From: an uncultured Chloroflexia bacterium
GTDB lineage: Bacteria; Chloroflexota; Limnocylindria; Limnocylindrales; CSP1-4
Direction of reading: 5' to 3'
Length of the DNA stretch: 64,000 nucleotides
Assembly (NCBI GenBank): GCA_963704935.1
Contig: CAVPIF010000003.1
Location: 154,888-218,887, forward strand
In this document: piece after piece, positions 43,938 to 52,447 of the stretch
Numbering within the stretch: the first letter of the stretch is position 1
Layout: the number at the start of each line of letters is the position of its first letter
Translations under genes and position numbers: made by a program
The notes under the pieces: model-generated
The model's database searches: none
What the model was told of the DNA's origin: nothing
The model's input: the letters and a program-made list of their open reading frames with translations, nothing else

Positions 43938-45703
43938 CGCTGCCGGTGGCGGACCGAGCGGTCGCGGACCGAGCGGTCGCGGACCGAGCGGTCGCGGACC
44001 GAGCGGTCGCGGACCGCGGCTCAGACCTCGCCCGCCGGCTGGAACGATTCCGCGCCGGGCGGGCCGGCGACGGTCCGCCGGACGGGCCGCTTCCATCGCG
44101 ACCGATCGGCTCCCGGGAACTCGCCGAGCGGCTCGCTGATACGCTCGATGGCGAGGTCTCCCGGACTTCGGGTGGCCACCTCGTCCGGATCGAACGTCCG
44201 GCCGTGGACATCCCGGTCGATCGGGTCCGTCTCGCCGGACTGCCCGGCCAGCCGCCCGCGGACCGCCCGCTGGTCTGTCTGGACACGGAGACGACGGGTC
44301 TGGCGACGGCCGCCGGTACGGTCGCCTTCTGCATCGGCCTTGGTTGGTGGGTCGGCACCGAGTTCCGCCAGGTCCAGTTGCTGCTGCCGGACCACGCGGA
44401 CGAACCGGCCCTCCTCGAAGAACTGGACCGACACATCTCGCCGGATGCGTGGCTCGTGACGTACAACGGCCGGGGGTTCGACTGGCCCTTGCTCGTCGCG
44501 CGCTACCGACTCGCCCGACGCGCGGCACCCGTCCACGACGGCCACCTGGACCTGCTGCCGATCGTCCGCCGCCTGTTCCGCCATCGGATGACGGACGCTC
44601 GCCTCCAGACGGCCGAGACCACGCTCCTCGGCATGGTCCGGCATGACGACGTGGACGGCTGGGAGATCCCCGCCCGCTACCTCGGATTCCTGCGGGGCGG
44701 CCCGGCGCACCCGTTGCGCGCGGTCGTTCGCCACAACGACGTGGACGTCCGCTCGCTGGCCCGCATCGTCGCCCTCCTGGACGGGTCCTACGCCACCCCG
44801 GAGGCGCGGCGGACCGTCCCGGCCGGCGACCTTGCCGGACTGGCCCGCGCGTACCTCCGGGTCGGCCGGCACGAGGAGGCCCTGTCGTGTCTCGACGAGG
44901 CGGTCGAACGCGGAGGCCCGGCGTCGCCGATGATCGCGCCGGCCGTACCCGGCACGCAGCCCGTCGAAGTCGCGCCCTGGTGGTCGCCCCGCGCGGTCGC
45001 GGACTTCGGGGGCCGGCCGCGTCGGGCCGCCGTCGTCCCGTGGTCGCGCCGCGCCGCGTTCGCGTCGCCGTGGGATGCGAACCGGATCGCCGTCGATCGG
45101 GCCCACCTGCTCCGCCGGCTCGGGCGATACCCGGCCTCCCACGAGGCGTGGTCGTCGCTCGCGGCCGGACCTAGTCGGATCGCGCTGGTCGCGTGGGTGG
45201 AGATCGCGAAGCTGCGAGAGCACCGATTGGGTGACCTCCCGGGGGCACTGGAGGCTGCCCGGATCGGACTCGCGGCCGCGGATCGCCGTCGACGCGTCGC
45301 GATGCCCGAAGCGCGCCTGGAGGCCGACCTGCGCCGCCGGATCCACCGACTGGAGCGGCGTGCTTCGAAGGGACGCTCAGTCGCGGTCCAGGTCGTCACG
45401 CCGCATGCGCGCTCGAACGGCGGCCAGGTCCGGCACGCTCGCCACGCCGGAACCCTCCACGACGAGCGCCCCGGCCGCCGCCGCGAAACGCAGATCGTCG
45501 CCGACCCCGCGCCGGTTCCCGAGGACCACCGAGGGACGCAGAAGAGCCGCGACGAGGGCAGCCAGGAAGACGTCGCCGGCTCCCGTCGGGTCGGCCTCCC
45601 GGTCGGGGCGCGACGCCGCATACCGACGCCAGCGGACGGGGCCGCATCGCGGGACCGTCGTCGTGGTTCCGCCGTCGCGGCCGCCGGTGACCACCAGCCG
45701 TGA
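43934..45703 (+). CDS. mrfB: RNase-H-fold DEDD exonuclease with TPR-like C-terminus (MrfB/YprB family)
   Basis: The GTG overlaps the mrfA stop (GTGA). Exo motifs CLDTETTGL, YNGRGFDWP and HNDVDV. The last ~109 codons overlap the convergent pfkB-type gene, so the true 3' end is uncertain. Confidence 0.78.
   Translation: MTLPVADRAVADRAVADRAVADRAVADRGSDLARRLERFRAGRAGDGPPDGPLPSRPIGSRELAERLADTLDGEVSRTSGGHLVRIERPAVDIPVDRVRLAGLPGQPPADRPLVCLDTETTGLATAAGTVAFCIGLGWWVGTEFRQVQLLLPDHADEPALLEELDRHISPDAWLVTYNGRGFDWPLLVARYRLARRAAPVHDGHLDLLPIVRRLFRHRMTDARLQTAETTLLGMVRHDDVDGWEIPARYLGFLRGGPAHPLRAVVRHNDVDVRSLARIVALLDGSYATPEARRTVPAGDLAGLARAYLRVGRHEEALSCLDEAVERGGPASPMIAPAVPGTQPVEVAPWWSPRAVADFGGRPRRAAVVPWSRRAAFASPWDANRIAVDRAHLLRRLGRYPASHEAWSSLAAGPSRIALVAWVEIAKLREHRLGDLPGALEAARIGLAAADRRRRVAMPEARLEADLRRRIHRLERRASKGRSVAVQVVTPHARSNGGQVRHARHAGTLHDERPGRRRETQIVADPAPVPEDHRGTQKSRDEGSQEDVAGSRRVGLPVGARRRIPTPADGAASRDRRRGSAVAAAGDHQP
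43951..44019 (+). repeat. perfect 15-nt tandem repeat, 4 full copies plus a partial one, in frame (ADRAV)n
   Basis: GGACCGAGCGGTCGC occurs at 43951, 43966, 43981 and 43996, followed by the partial copy GGACCGCGG. Confidence 0.9.
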
Positions 45704-46303
45704 CCCGGCCCGGAGGAAACGGACCAGACCGTCGATGTCGACGCTCGGTGCGAGGTCGTCCCGGCTGACGCCCACGATGTCCGCGCGACGAAGGAGGCCA
45801 CGCTCGGTTGGCGCCAGTCGGATCACGGGCCGTCCCTCGGTGAGACCGCGGAGCATCCCCTGCCAGCCGACGGCGACCAGCGAGTCGTGGGATGCGAAGG
45901 CCGCCCAGCCATCGTCGAGCTCCCCTGCCACCGGCACGAACGCCCATGCACGGGCACCAAGGACGACCGGCGGCAGCGGCAGCGGCAGCGGCGCCATCGG
46001 GCGCCCGACAGCCAGCGCCGTCTGGCGTCGTCCGCCCGGCGCGTCGGCGTTGTGGAACGCCGGCCCCTCCTCGATCTCGACCGGCAGGAGATGGACGCCG
46101 GCCGCTCGCAGGAGGTCGAGCTCGACGGCTCCGCGCGCCGTCCGATCGACCCCGATGACGGCGACCGTCGACAGCCCCAGGCGAGCCGTGGTCAGCGCGC
46201 CGTAGGTCGCGCCGCCTCCCAGTCGCCAGCCGCGGGGATCATCGGGCGCCAGATCGCGCGAAGCGGCGCCGACGTGGACCACGTCGACCGTCGTACGGTT
46301 CAT
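45377..46303 (-). CDS. PfkB-family (ribokinase-like) carbohydrate/nucleoside kinase
   Basis: Start trimmed to ATG 46303 (MNRTTVDVVHVGAAS). The C-terminal catalytic motif is DPTGAGDVF. Confidence 0.85.
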   Translation of the reverse strand: MNRTTVDVVHVGAASRDLAPDDPRGWRLGGGATYGALTTARLGLSTVAVIGVDRTARGAVELDLLRAAGVHLLPVEIEEGPAFHNADAPGGRRQTALAVGRPMAPLPLPLPPVVLGARAWAFVPVAGELDDGWAAFASHDSLVAVGWQGMLRGLTEGRPVIRLAPTERGLLRRADIVGVSRDDLAPSVDIDGLVRFLRAGSRLVVTGGRDGGTTTTVPRCGPVRWRRYAASRPDREADPTGAGDVFLAALVAALLRPSVVLGNRRGVGDDLRFAAAAGALVVEGSGVASVPDLAAVRARMRRDDLDRD

Positions 46304-46352
46304 GCAGCCTCCGGGCGTATACTGCGCGACCCACAGCAGAGGTTGGAGCACC

Positions 46353-46736
46353 GTGTTCTTCTACGAACTCCACGAGGGCGATGACGAGGTCTACTCCGAC
46401 GTCCTGGTGGTCAGTGAGTCCGAGTGGGAGCCCGATGAGTTCTTCGACCTCGTGCAGCGCATCCGGCGCGACATCCAGGACTCATTCACCCACCAGACGC
46501 TGAGCGAGGCGATCGCGGCCGTGCTCGAGCGGGATCACGGGTTCGTCTTCGTCGGCGACGATCGCCTGACCGCGGCCGTCAACGTGTCGAAGGAAGAGGA
46601 CGACAACTTCCTCGCCGACCTCGATCCGGACGACGAAGACGACGATGATGATGACGACGACGACGGGACGCCCAGAGGCGAGTTCCGGACGATCCTCGCC
46701 GACGTGGATCTTGACGAGGGCTCCCGGCTGAACTGA
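46353..46736 (+). CDS. highly acidic small protein with a poly-Asp tract (hypothetical)
   Basis: GTG 46353 with GGAG upstream. 127 aa, 42 Asp+Glu against 9 Arg+Lys by hand count, including DDEDDDDDDDDD. Confidence 0.5.
   Translation: MFFYELHEGDDEVYSDVLVVSESEWEPDEFFDLVQRIRRDIQDSFTHQTLSEAIAAVLERDHGFVFVGDDRLTAAVNVSKEEDDNFLADLDPDDEDDDDDDDDDGTPRGEFRTILADVDLDEGSRLN
46629..46664 (+). repeat. (GAC/GAT/GAA)12 trinucleotide run encoding the poly-Asp tract
   Basis: Twelve consecutive GAY/GAA codons were read directly. Confidence 0.9.
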
Positions 46737-46800
46737 GCGAGGGCCGGCCTGTCCTCCGAGCACCCCGCCGCGGCCGAGCCGGGGGCGTTCGCGTCGCGGC

Positions 46801-47905
46801 TCACTTGCTGAACAGGATCTCCACGACGTCGCCGTCCCGGACGCGGTAGGTCTTGCCCTCCGACCGGAGCTTGCCGTGCTTGCGGGCCTCGGCCATGGAC
46901 CCGAGGGCGACCAGGTCCTCGAACCCGACCGTCTCCGCGCGGATGAACCCCTTCGCCAGGTCCGTGTGGATCGCAGCCTGCGGCGTCCACGGCCGATGAT
47001 CCGTCGGGGATCGGCCACGCCCGCACCTCATCGGGCCCGGCGGTCAGGAACGAGATGAGGCCCAGCAGCCGATAGGACAACGCGATCACGCGGTCCAGGC
47101 TGGACCCCGCGATGCCGAGCTCCTCCATGAACACGGCCGCTTCGTCGGGCTCCAACTCCCCGAGCTCCATCTCGATGCGGGCCGACAGCGCGTCGACCAT
47201 CGCGTGTCGGTGCTGGTAGGCGGCGGCGATCCGGTCCACGAGCTGACCTTCCGCGGCGACATCCCCCTCCCCGACGTTGAGCAGGACCAGGACCGGCTTC
47301 TCGGTGAGGAACCGGAAGCCGCGGATGGCCTTGGTCTCGTCGGCGTCGAGCTCGAGGTCGCGGATCGGCTGGCCGGCCTCCAGGCCCGCGTGGATCCGCC
47401 GCAGGACGACCTCCTCGCGCTCGGCCGCCTCGCGCTCCGCCTGCGTCCCGTGGCGCCCGCTGCCCTTGAGTCGCTCCAGGCGCCGCTCGGCCATCGCCAG
47501 GTCGGCCAGGATGAACTCGAGGTCGAGCTGCTCAAGGTCGCGCGCCGGATCGACACTGCCGGCGGGATGCGGATGGACGGGGTCGTCGAAGGCGCGAACG
47601 ACGTGGAGGAGGGCGTCCGAATCGCGCAGCCGCGCGAGGTGGTCGGCCGGAAGCTCCTCCGTGCCGACGCGCCCCTCCGACGAGGCCGGCGGCGCGGGCA
47701 GGTCCACGTACGTGACATCGGCGTGGACGGTCTTCCGTGGCTTGAAGATGGCAGCGAGCCGGTCGAGTCGGTCATCCGGGACCTTCACGACCCCGACGTT
47801 GAGGGTGACGCCCCCGTAGCCACCGGTCTCGGCGTGCCCGCGGGTCAGGGTGTTGAAGACGGTGGTCTTGCCGCTCCCGGCAAGACCGACGATGGCGGTC
47901 TGCAT
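46801..47905 (-). pseudogene. ychF: ribosome-binding ATPase YchF, interrupted by a +1 frameshift in this assembly
   Basis: The N-part runs from ATG 47905 (MQTAIVGLAGSGKTTVFN...EVRAWPIPDGSSAVDAAG). The canonical C-terminus is in ORF 46801..47031 (AAIHTDLAKGFIRAE...GKTYRVRDGDVVEILFSK). The span is 1105 nt, which is 368 codons plus 1. Confidence 0.9.
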
Positions 47906-47979
47906 GGGACCGATCGTACCGGGGCGAGCGACACTGCGCCGTCGGTGGCCGCGGGCCGCCGCGAGTTCGTCGCTCCCGG

Positions 47980-49047
47980 TCAGTAGCCGGCGGCTGGATC
48001 GACCACGTTGAGGAGGGGCTCGCCCGCAGCGAATCTGCGCAGGTTGTCGCAGAACAGGTCGACGCTGCGGTCCAGCACGCGTCCGCTGGACCACGCCGTG
48101 TGGGGCGTGACGATGACGTTGGACAGGTCGTAGAACGACGACGTCGGGTGGAGCGGTTCGTCCCGGAAGGTATCCAGGACCGCCCCGCCGAGCGGCCCGT
48201 CGCGAAGCGCCCGGAGCAGGGCCCGCTCGTCGATCAGGCGACCGCGGGCGACGTTGATCAGCCACGCTCCGGGCTTGATCATCGCCAGCGTGGCGTCGTT
48301 GATCATCCCCTCGGTCTCCGGCGTGAGGGGCGCAGCCAGCACGACGAAGTCCGACTCGGCGAGGAGCTGCGGGAGCGTCTCCGGACCGCCGACGCGATCC
48401 AGCATGGCCGTCCCGAACGTACCTTCCTCACCGGCGCTGCTTCCCTCCCCGGCGCCGGCCCCATCCCCGTCGTGCTCCGGCCGTCGCCGAACGGCCACGA
48501 CCCGGCAACCGAACGCGGTCGCCAGGGCGCCGACGGCCCGACCGATCGAGCCGAGCCCGACGATACCGACCGTGACGTCGCGCAGTTCCGTACCCTCCAG
48601 GGGCTGCCAGGTCCGCTCGCGCTGCAGCTCGAGCAGCTGCGGCAGCCGACGGCTCACCGACAGGATCATCATCAGGACGTATTCGGCGATCGGCCGGCTG
48701 AACACGCCGCGGGCGTTGGTGACGACGATGCCGCGCTCCCTGGCGGCCGGGGTCAGGGCCCGCTCCACGCCTGAGGTGGCCGAGTGGACCCACGACAACC
48801 CCGGGGCGCGAACCAGCAGCCGATCGAAGGCCTCTGAGCTCAGCCACCCACGGAGCATCACCTCGACGTCATCGAGCGGCCCGTCGGCAAGGCCCTCGAC
48901 CGAGACCGTGACGAGCCGCGCTCCGGGCGCGGCCGCCCGGATCTGCTCGAGATCGCGCTCCCGGTACCGAGCCGACAGGATCGGGCTGAGGGCGATGGCC
49001 GTCGGGGTGCCGCCGGGCCCTGTCCCGGGGCCCGCCGATCGCATCAT
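47980..49047 (-). CDS. D-isomer-specific 2-hydroxyacid dehydrogenase family (PGDH-like)
   Basis: NAD-binding site VGIVGLGSIGRAV, catalytic blocks NVARG and TPHTAW. ATG 49047 overlaps the upstream stop (ATGA). Confidence 0.87.
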   Translation of the reverse strand: MMRSAGPGTGPGGTPTAIALSPILSARYRERDLEQIRAAAPGARLVTVSVEGLADGPLDDVEVMLRGWLSSEAFDRLLVRAPGLSWVHSATSGVERALTPAARERGIVVTNARGVFSRPIAEYVLMMILSVSRRLPQLLELQRERTWQPLEGTELRDVTVGIVGLGSIGRAVGALATAFGCRVVAVRRRPEHDGDGAGAGEGSSAGEEGTFGTAMLDRVGGPETLPQLLAESDFVVLAAPLTPETEGMINDATLAMIKPGAWLINVARGRLIDERALLRALRDGPLGGAVLDTFRDEPLHPTSSFYDLSNVIVTPHTAWSSGRVLDRSVDLFCDNLRRFAAGEPLLNVVDPAAGY

Positions 49048-50261
49048 GCCGCGCTCCCGTCGAGCACCCGCCGGATCCAGCGCTCCGGTGCTTCGATCTC
49101 GCCGTCGCGCGGAAGTGTCAGCGGGCCATCCCACAACCGCCCCAGCGCGTCCCGACCGCGCGCGTCCGCGATAGCCCGCACGAAGGCCTCTCCCTTCTTG
49201 TACTGCTCCATCTTGAGATCCATCCCGGTCAGCCGGAGCATCGACCGCTCGAACGGCGTGCGGCGATTCCGGCGCTCATGGAATCGTGCACTGATCCGCC
49301 GCACGTCCGGGACGAGGTCCCGACCGACCTCGTCCATGATGTAGTCGCTGAACCCCTCGAGCAGGCTCATCACGGCCTGCGTCTCGCGGAACAGCCGCTT
49401 CTGCTCATCGCCCATCAGGGCCTCCAGCCAGTGCTCGCCGCTGGTCTCGCCGCGCAGGGCGCGGCCGAGCGCTCGCATCGCCTCGCGGCCCATGCCTCGG
49501 ACGTCCGACCCGAACAGCGACATCTGCCGCTCCAGTCGGGTGGCGAGGTACGGCCGCAGCCACGGATGGGCCTCGAATTCGAACGCGTGGGTCGTCTCGT
49601 GCAGGGCGATCCAGGTCCGGAACGGCCCGACCGGGACCCCGAGCGAGGTCGCCGTCTGCCGGATGTTCTCCTCCACGAAGAGGAGTCGACCGGGGGTCGC
49701 CTCCGCCGAGAGCAGAGCCAGGTCGTACTGGCCGAGGACCCGCTGGCCCATGAACCCGAGCAGCAGCCCCAGCTGGCGCGTGGTGATCCAACGATTGGCG
49801 AGCGCCATGGTCGCCTTCCCCAGGCCACCACCGACGGGCACGACCTGGTCGAGGAGATCCGCCTCCAGCTTGCCGATCAGCGAGGCGAAGGTGCTCGTGT
49901 TCGCCCGCACCCAGCCGGCGCGATCGACCACGGCGGAGCGATCGACCACGCCGGGCAGGTCCGTCCCGAGCACGCCCGACAGCGCCGGGACGATCCGGTC
50001 CATCGCCGCCAGGTACTCCGGTTCCGCCGCCCGAAGCTCGACCGGGGATAGCACGCCCGGGGCCTTCGCCAGCCGCCGGATCGCGATGCGCTCCACGGCC
50101 GGCCAGTCGACGAGCCCCTCGCGGGCCTGGCGCTCCATCCGTCGACCCACCACGGTGGCCGCAGCTCCCAACGCGGACCCGATGATCAGGCCGGCCTGCC
50201 AGGCGCGGTCGTCGCGCCAGGAACCGCCGTGGCCGGGACGGGCGTTCGCGCGCTCGGTCAC
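49044..50261 (-). CDS. DUF2342-family zinc metalloprotease-like protein
   Basis: 405 aa with HETTH (HExxH) inside ALHETTHAFEF. The GTG start overlaps the murI stop (GTGA). Confidence 0.78.
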   Translation of the reverse strand: MTERANARPGHGGSWRDDRAWQAGLIIGSALGAAATVVGRRMERQAREGLVDWPAVERIAIRRLAKAPGVLSPVELRAAEPEYLAAMDRIVPALSGVLGTDLPGVVDRSAVVDRAGWVRANTSTFASLIGKLEADLLDQVVPVGGGLGKATMALANRWITTRQLGLLLGFMGQRVLGQYDLALLSAEATPGRLLFVEENIRQTATSLGVPVGPFRTWIALHETTHAFEFEAHPWLRPYLATRLERQMSLFGSDVRGMGREAMRALGRALRGETSGEHWLEALMGDEQKRLFRETQAVMSLLEGFSDYIMDEVGRDLVPDVRRISARFHERRNRRTPFERSMLRLTGMDLKMEQYKKGEAFVRAIADARGRDALGRLWDGPLTLPRDGEIEAPERWIRRVLDGSAA

Positions 50262-51208
50262 CGGCCGGTCGCCCCGGCGGCGAGGGGGTCGGCCGTCGCC
50301 GGACCGAGGTCGATCGGATCGATCCCGGGCAGATCGGGTCCGAACAATCGGACGGCCACCTCGCGGAACCGGTCCACGTCGCCGGTCGTCATCTGTCGAT
50401 GCGTGGCCGCGACCACCGGATCATCGGGACGGGCGTGCCCGCCCAGACCCGCGTCGGCCGCCGTGCCGCGGGTGGTGCCCGGGGCCTCGAGGCCGTTGAC
50501 GACGAGCAGCTCGGCGAGGGCGGAGGCGGTGGCCGTCGCCGAATCGACGATGGCGACCCGGTCGCCCGCGATCGCGGAGATCAGTGGCCGGAGCAGCGGG
50601 TAGTGCGTGCAGCCCAGGAGCAGCGTATCGATGGTGGCCCCCGGCGGTCGCGGGAAGATCGATTCACCGTCGGAATCCCGCTCGCCGAGCAGCGGTGCCA
50701 GCGCCGCCGCGACCGCCGTCTCCGCGTCCGGCCCGGACAGGACCCCGGCCTCCACCAGGGGCACGAGGGTCGGCGTCGCGTGCTCGTAGACCTCGATCGC
50801 AGGGTTCTCGTCCTTGATCGACGCGAAGTAGGCGTGCGACCGGATGGTGGCCGGAGTCGCGATCACGCCGACCCGCCGATTCCGGGTCGACAGCGCGGCA
50901 GCCGAGGCGCCTGGCCGGATGACCCCCAGGACCGGCAGGGCGTAGCGCCGTCGGAAGGCGCCGATGCCGACCGCCGTCGAGGTGTTGCAGGCCACGACGA
51001 TCGCCTTGACGTCCCGTTCCGCCAGCGCGTCGAGCGCCTGGGTGGAGTACGCCAGGACCTCATCGTCCGTGCGTGGTCCGTAGGGAGCGCGGGCGTTGTC
51101 GCCCAGGTAGATGGTCGACTCGTTGGGGTTCCGCCGGATGATCTCGCGCAGGACCGTCAGGCCGCCCACCCCCGAGTCGAACACGCCGATCGGCCGCGGG
51201 TCGGACAC
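50258..51208 (-). CDS. murI: glutamate racemase
   Basis: IGVFDSGVGGLTV, VVACNT and LGCTHYP. It carries a C-terminal extension of about 45 aa relative to typical MurI. Confidence 0.93.
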   Translation of the reverse strand: MSDPRPIGVFDSGVGGLTVLREIIRRNPNESTIYLGDNARAPYGPRTDDEVLAYSTQALDALAERDVKAIVVACNTSTAVGIGAFRRRYALPVLGVIRPGASAAALSTRNRRVGVIATPATIRSHAYFASIKDENPAIEVYEHATPTLVPLVEAGVLSGPDAETAVAAALAPLLGERDSDGESIFPRPPGATIDTLLLGCTHYPLLRPLISAIAGDRVAIVDSATATASALAELLVVNGLEAPGTTRGTAADAGLGGHARPDDPVVAATHRQMTTGDVDRFREVAVRLFGPDLPGIDPIDLGPATADPLAAGATGR

Positions 51209-51216
51209 GAACGAAC

Positions 51217-52395
51217 CTAGCGGCGTCCGGCCGCGACCGGGACGCGGATCGTCTCGAGCAGGTCGCTGGCGACCCTGGCGACGTCCCGGCTGACCTCCGC
51301 GGCAGGATCCGCCAGGACGAATGGGACGCCCTCGTTGTTGCTGCGTACGACCAGGTGGCCGTCGGACACGACGCGGTGTTCCGGGACACGCCCGAGGGCA
51401 CGATGCAGGTCCTCCGGATCGATCCCGCCCGGACTGTCCGCCCGGTTGACCAGGTAGCGCACCTTGCTCGCCGGATATCCGATGGAACGGAACGTGTCGG
51501 CCATGGAGATCGTGTTGTGGATCGTGGTCGAATCGTAGGTGACGATCTCGATGATGGTGTCGCTCGCGTCGAGGAACGCGAGGTTGATGTCGTTGAGCGC
51601 GCTCGACATGTCGATGACGACCGAGCCGTAGAGCCGGCGCAACAGGGACAGGATCTTGTCAACATCGCGCGGGTTGATCATCTCCGCCATCTCGATGCGC
51701 GGCGGGGCGAGCAGGATGTCGATCCCCGACGGGTCGCGCCAGAGGACGTCGACCAGGTCCGATTCGGCGATCCGGTCGGTCGGCAGGTCCATGATCGACG
51801 GTGCGTCCACGGGAACCTTGAGCAGCGACCGCAGGTCGCCGAACTGGAGGCTACCGTCGATCAGGACGGTCCGTTGCTCCTGTTGACCGAGCGAGACCGC
51901 GAGGTTGAAGGCGATCGTCGTCTTGCCGACGCCGCCCTTGGGCGCGAAGACCGAATACGTCCGCGTGGCGGCATCCGGCGAGCTGTCCGCGTGGGCGCGA
52001 CGGACCCCGGCGATCAGGGTCATCAGATCGAAGCCGCTGAACGGCATGGCGAGGACGCCGTTGACGCCGGCGCCCGGGTCGACCTCGACCGGGTTCTGCG
52101 GCACGGTGAGGACGATCACCGGCACGTCCAGTTTCGCATCGCGGATCTGTTCCACGAGCTTGGGGCCCTTGACCCGGCCCTGCAGGAGCGCGTCGACCAG
52201 CACGACGTCCGGACGGAGTTCCTGGATCTGGGCCAGGGCGCGCCCTCCGTCGGTCAGCACCTCGAGCAACTTGACGGCGGCCTGCGTGTTGAGCAGGCCC
52301 CGGATGTACTGCGCGACCTGTGGGACATCCTCCACGATCAGGAGGCGAGTCTGGTCCGTCCTGGCATTGGCTGACATGGGCTTCGACGATACCAC
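51217..52395 (-). CDS. degenerate receiver domain fused to a MinD/ParA/CpaE-like ATPase (copy 2)
   Basis: REC-like N-terminus (LIVEDV, VVLVDALL, VLTV) with LAMPF in place of the K-P-F motif. Canonical deviant Walker A APKGGVGKTT, then LIDGSLQFGD and DILLAPP. It lies 8 nt upstream of murI. Confidence 0.8.
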   Translation of the reverse strand: MVSSKPMSANARTDQTRLLIVEDVPQVAQYIRGLLNTQAAVKLLEVLTDGGRALAQIQELRPDVVLVDALLQGRVKGPKLVEQIRDAKLDVPVIVLTVPQNPVEVDPGAGVNGVLAMPFSGFDLMTLIAGVRRAHADSSPDAATRTYSVFAPKGGVGKTTIAFNLAVSLGQQEQRTVLIDGSLQFGDLRSLLKVPVDAPSIMDLPTDRIAESDLVDVLWRDPSGIDILLAPPRIEMAEMINPRDVDKILSLLRRLYGSVVIDMSSALNDINLAFLDASDTIIEIVTYDSTTIHNTISMADTFRSIGYPASKVRYLVNRADSPGGIDPEDLHRALGRVPEHRVVSDGHLVVRSNNEGVPFVLADPAAEVSRDVARVASDLLETIRVPVAAGRR

Positions 52396-52447
52396 GAGGC
52401 CCCGGTCAAGGACCCACCCGGTGGTCCCGTTCTGGGCCCCGTACGGT

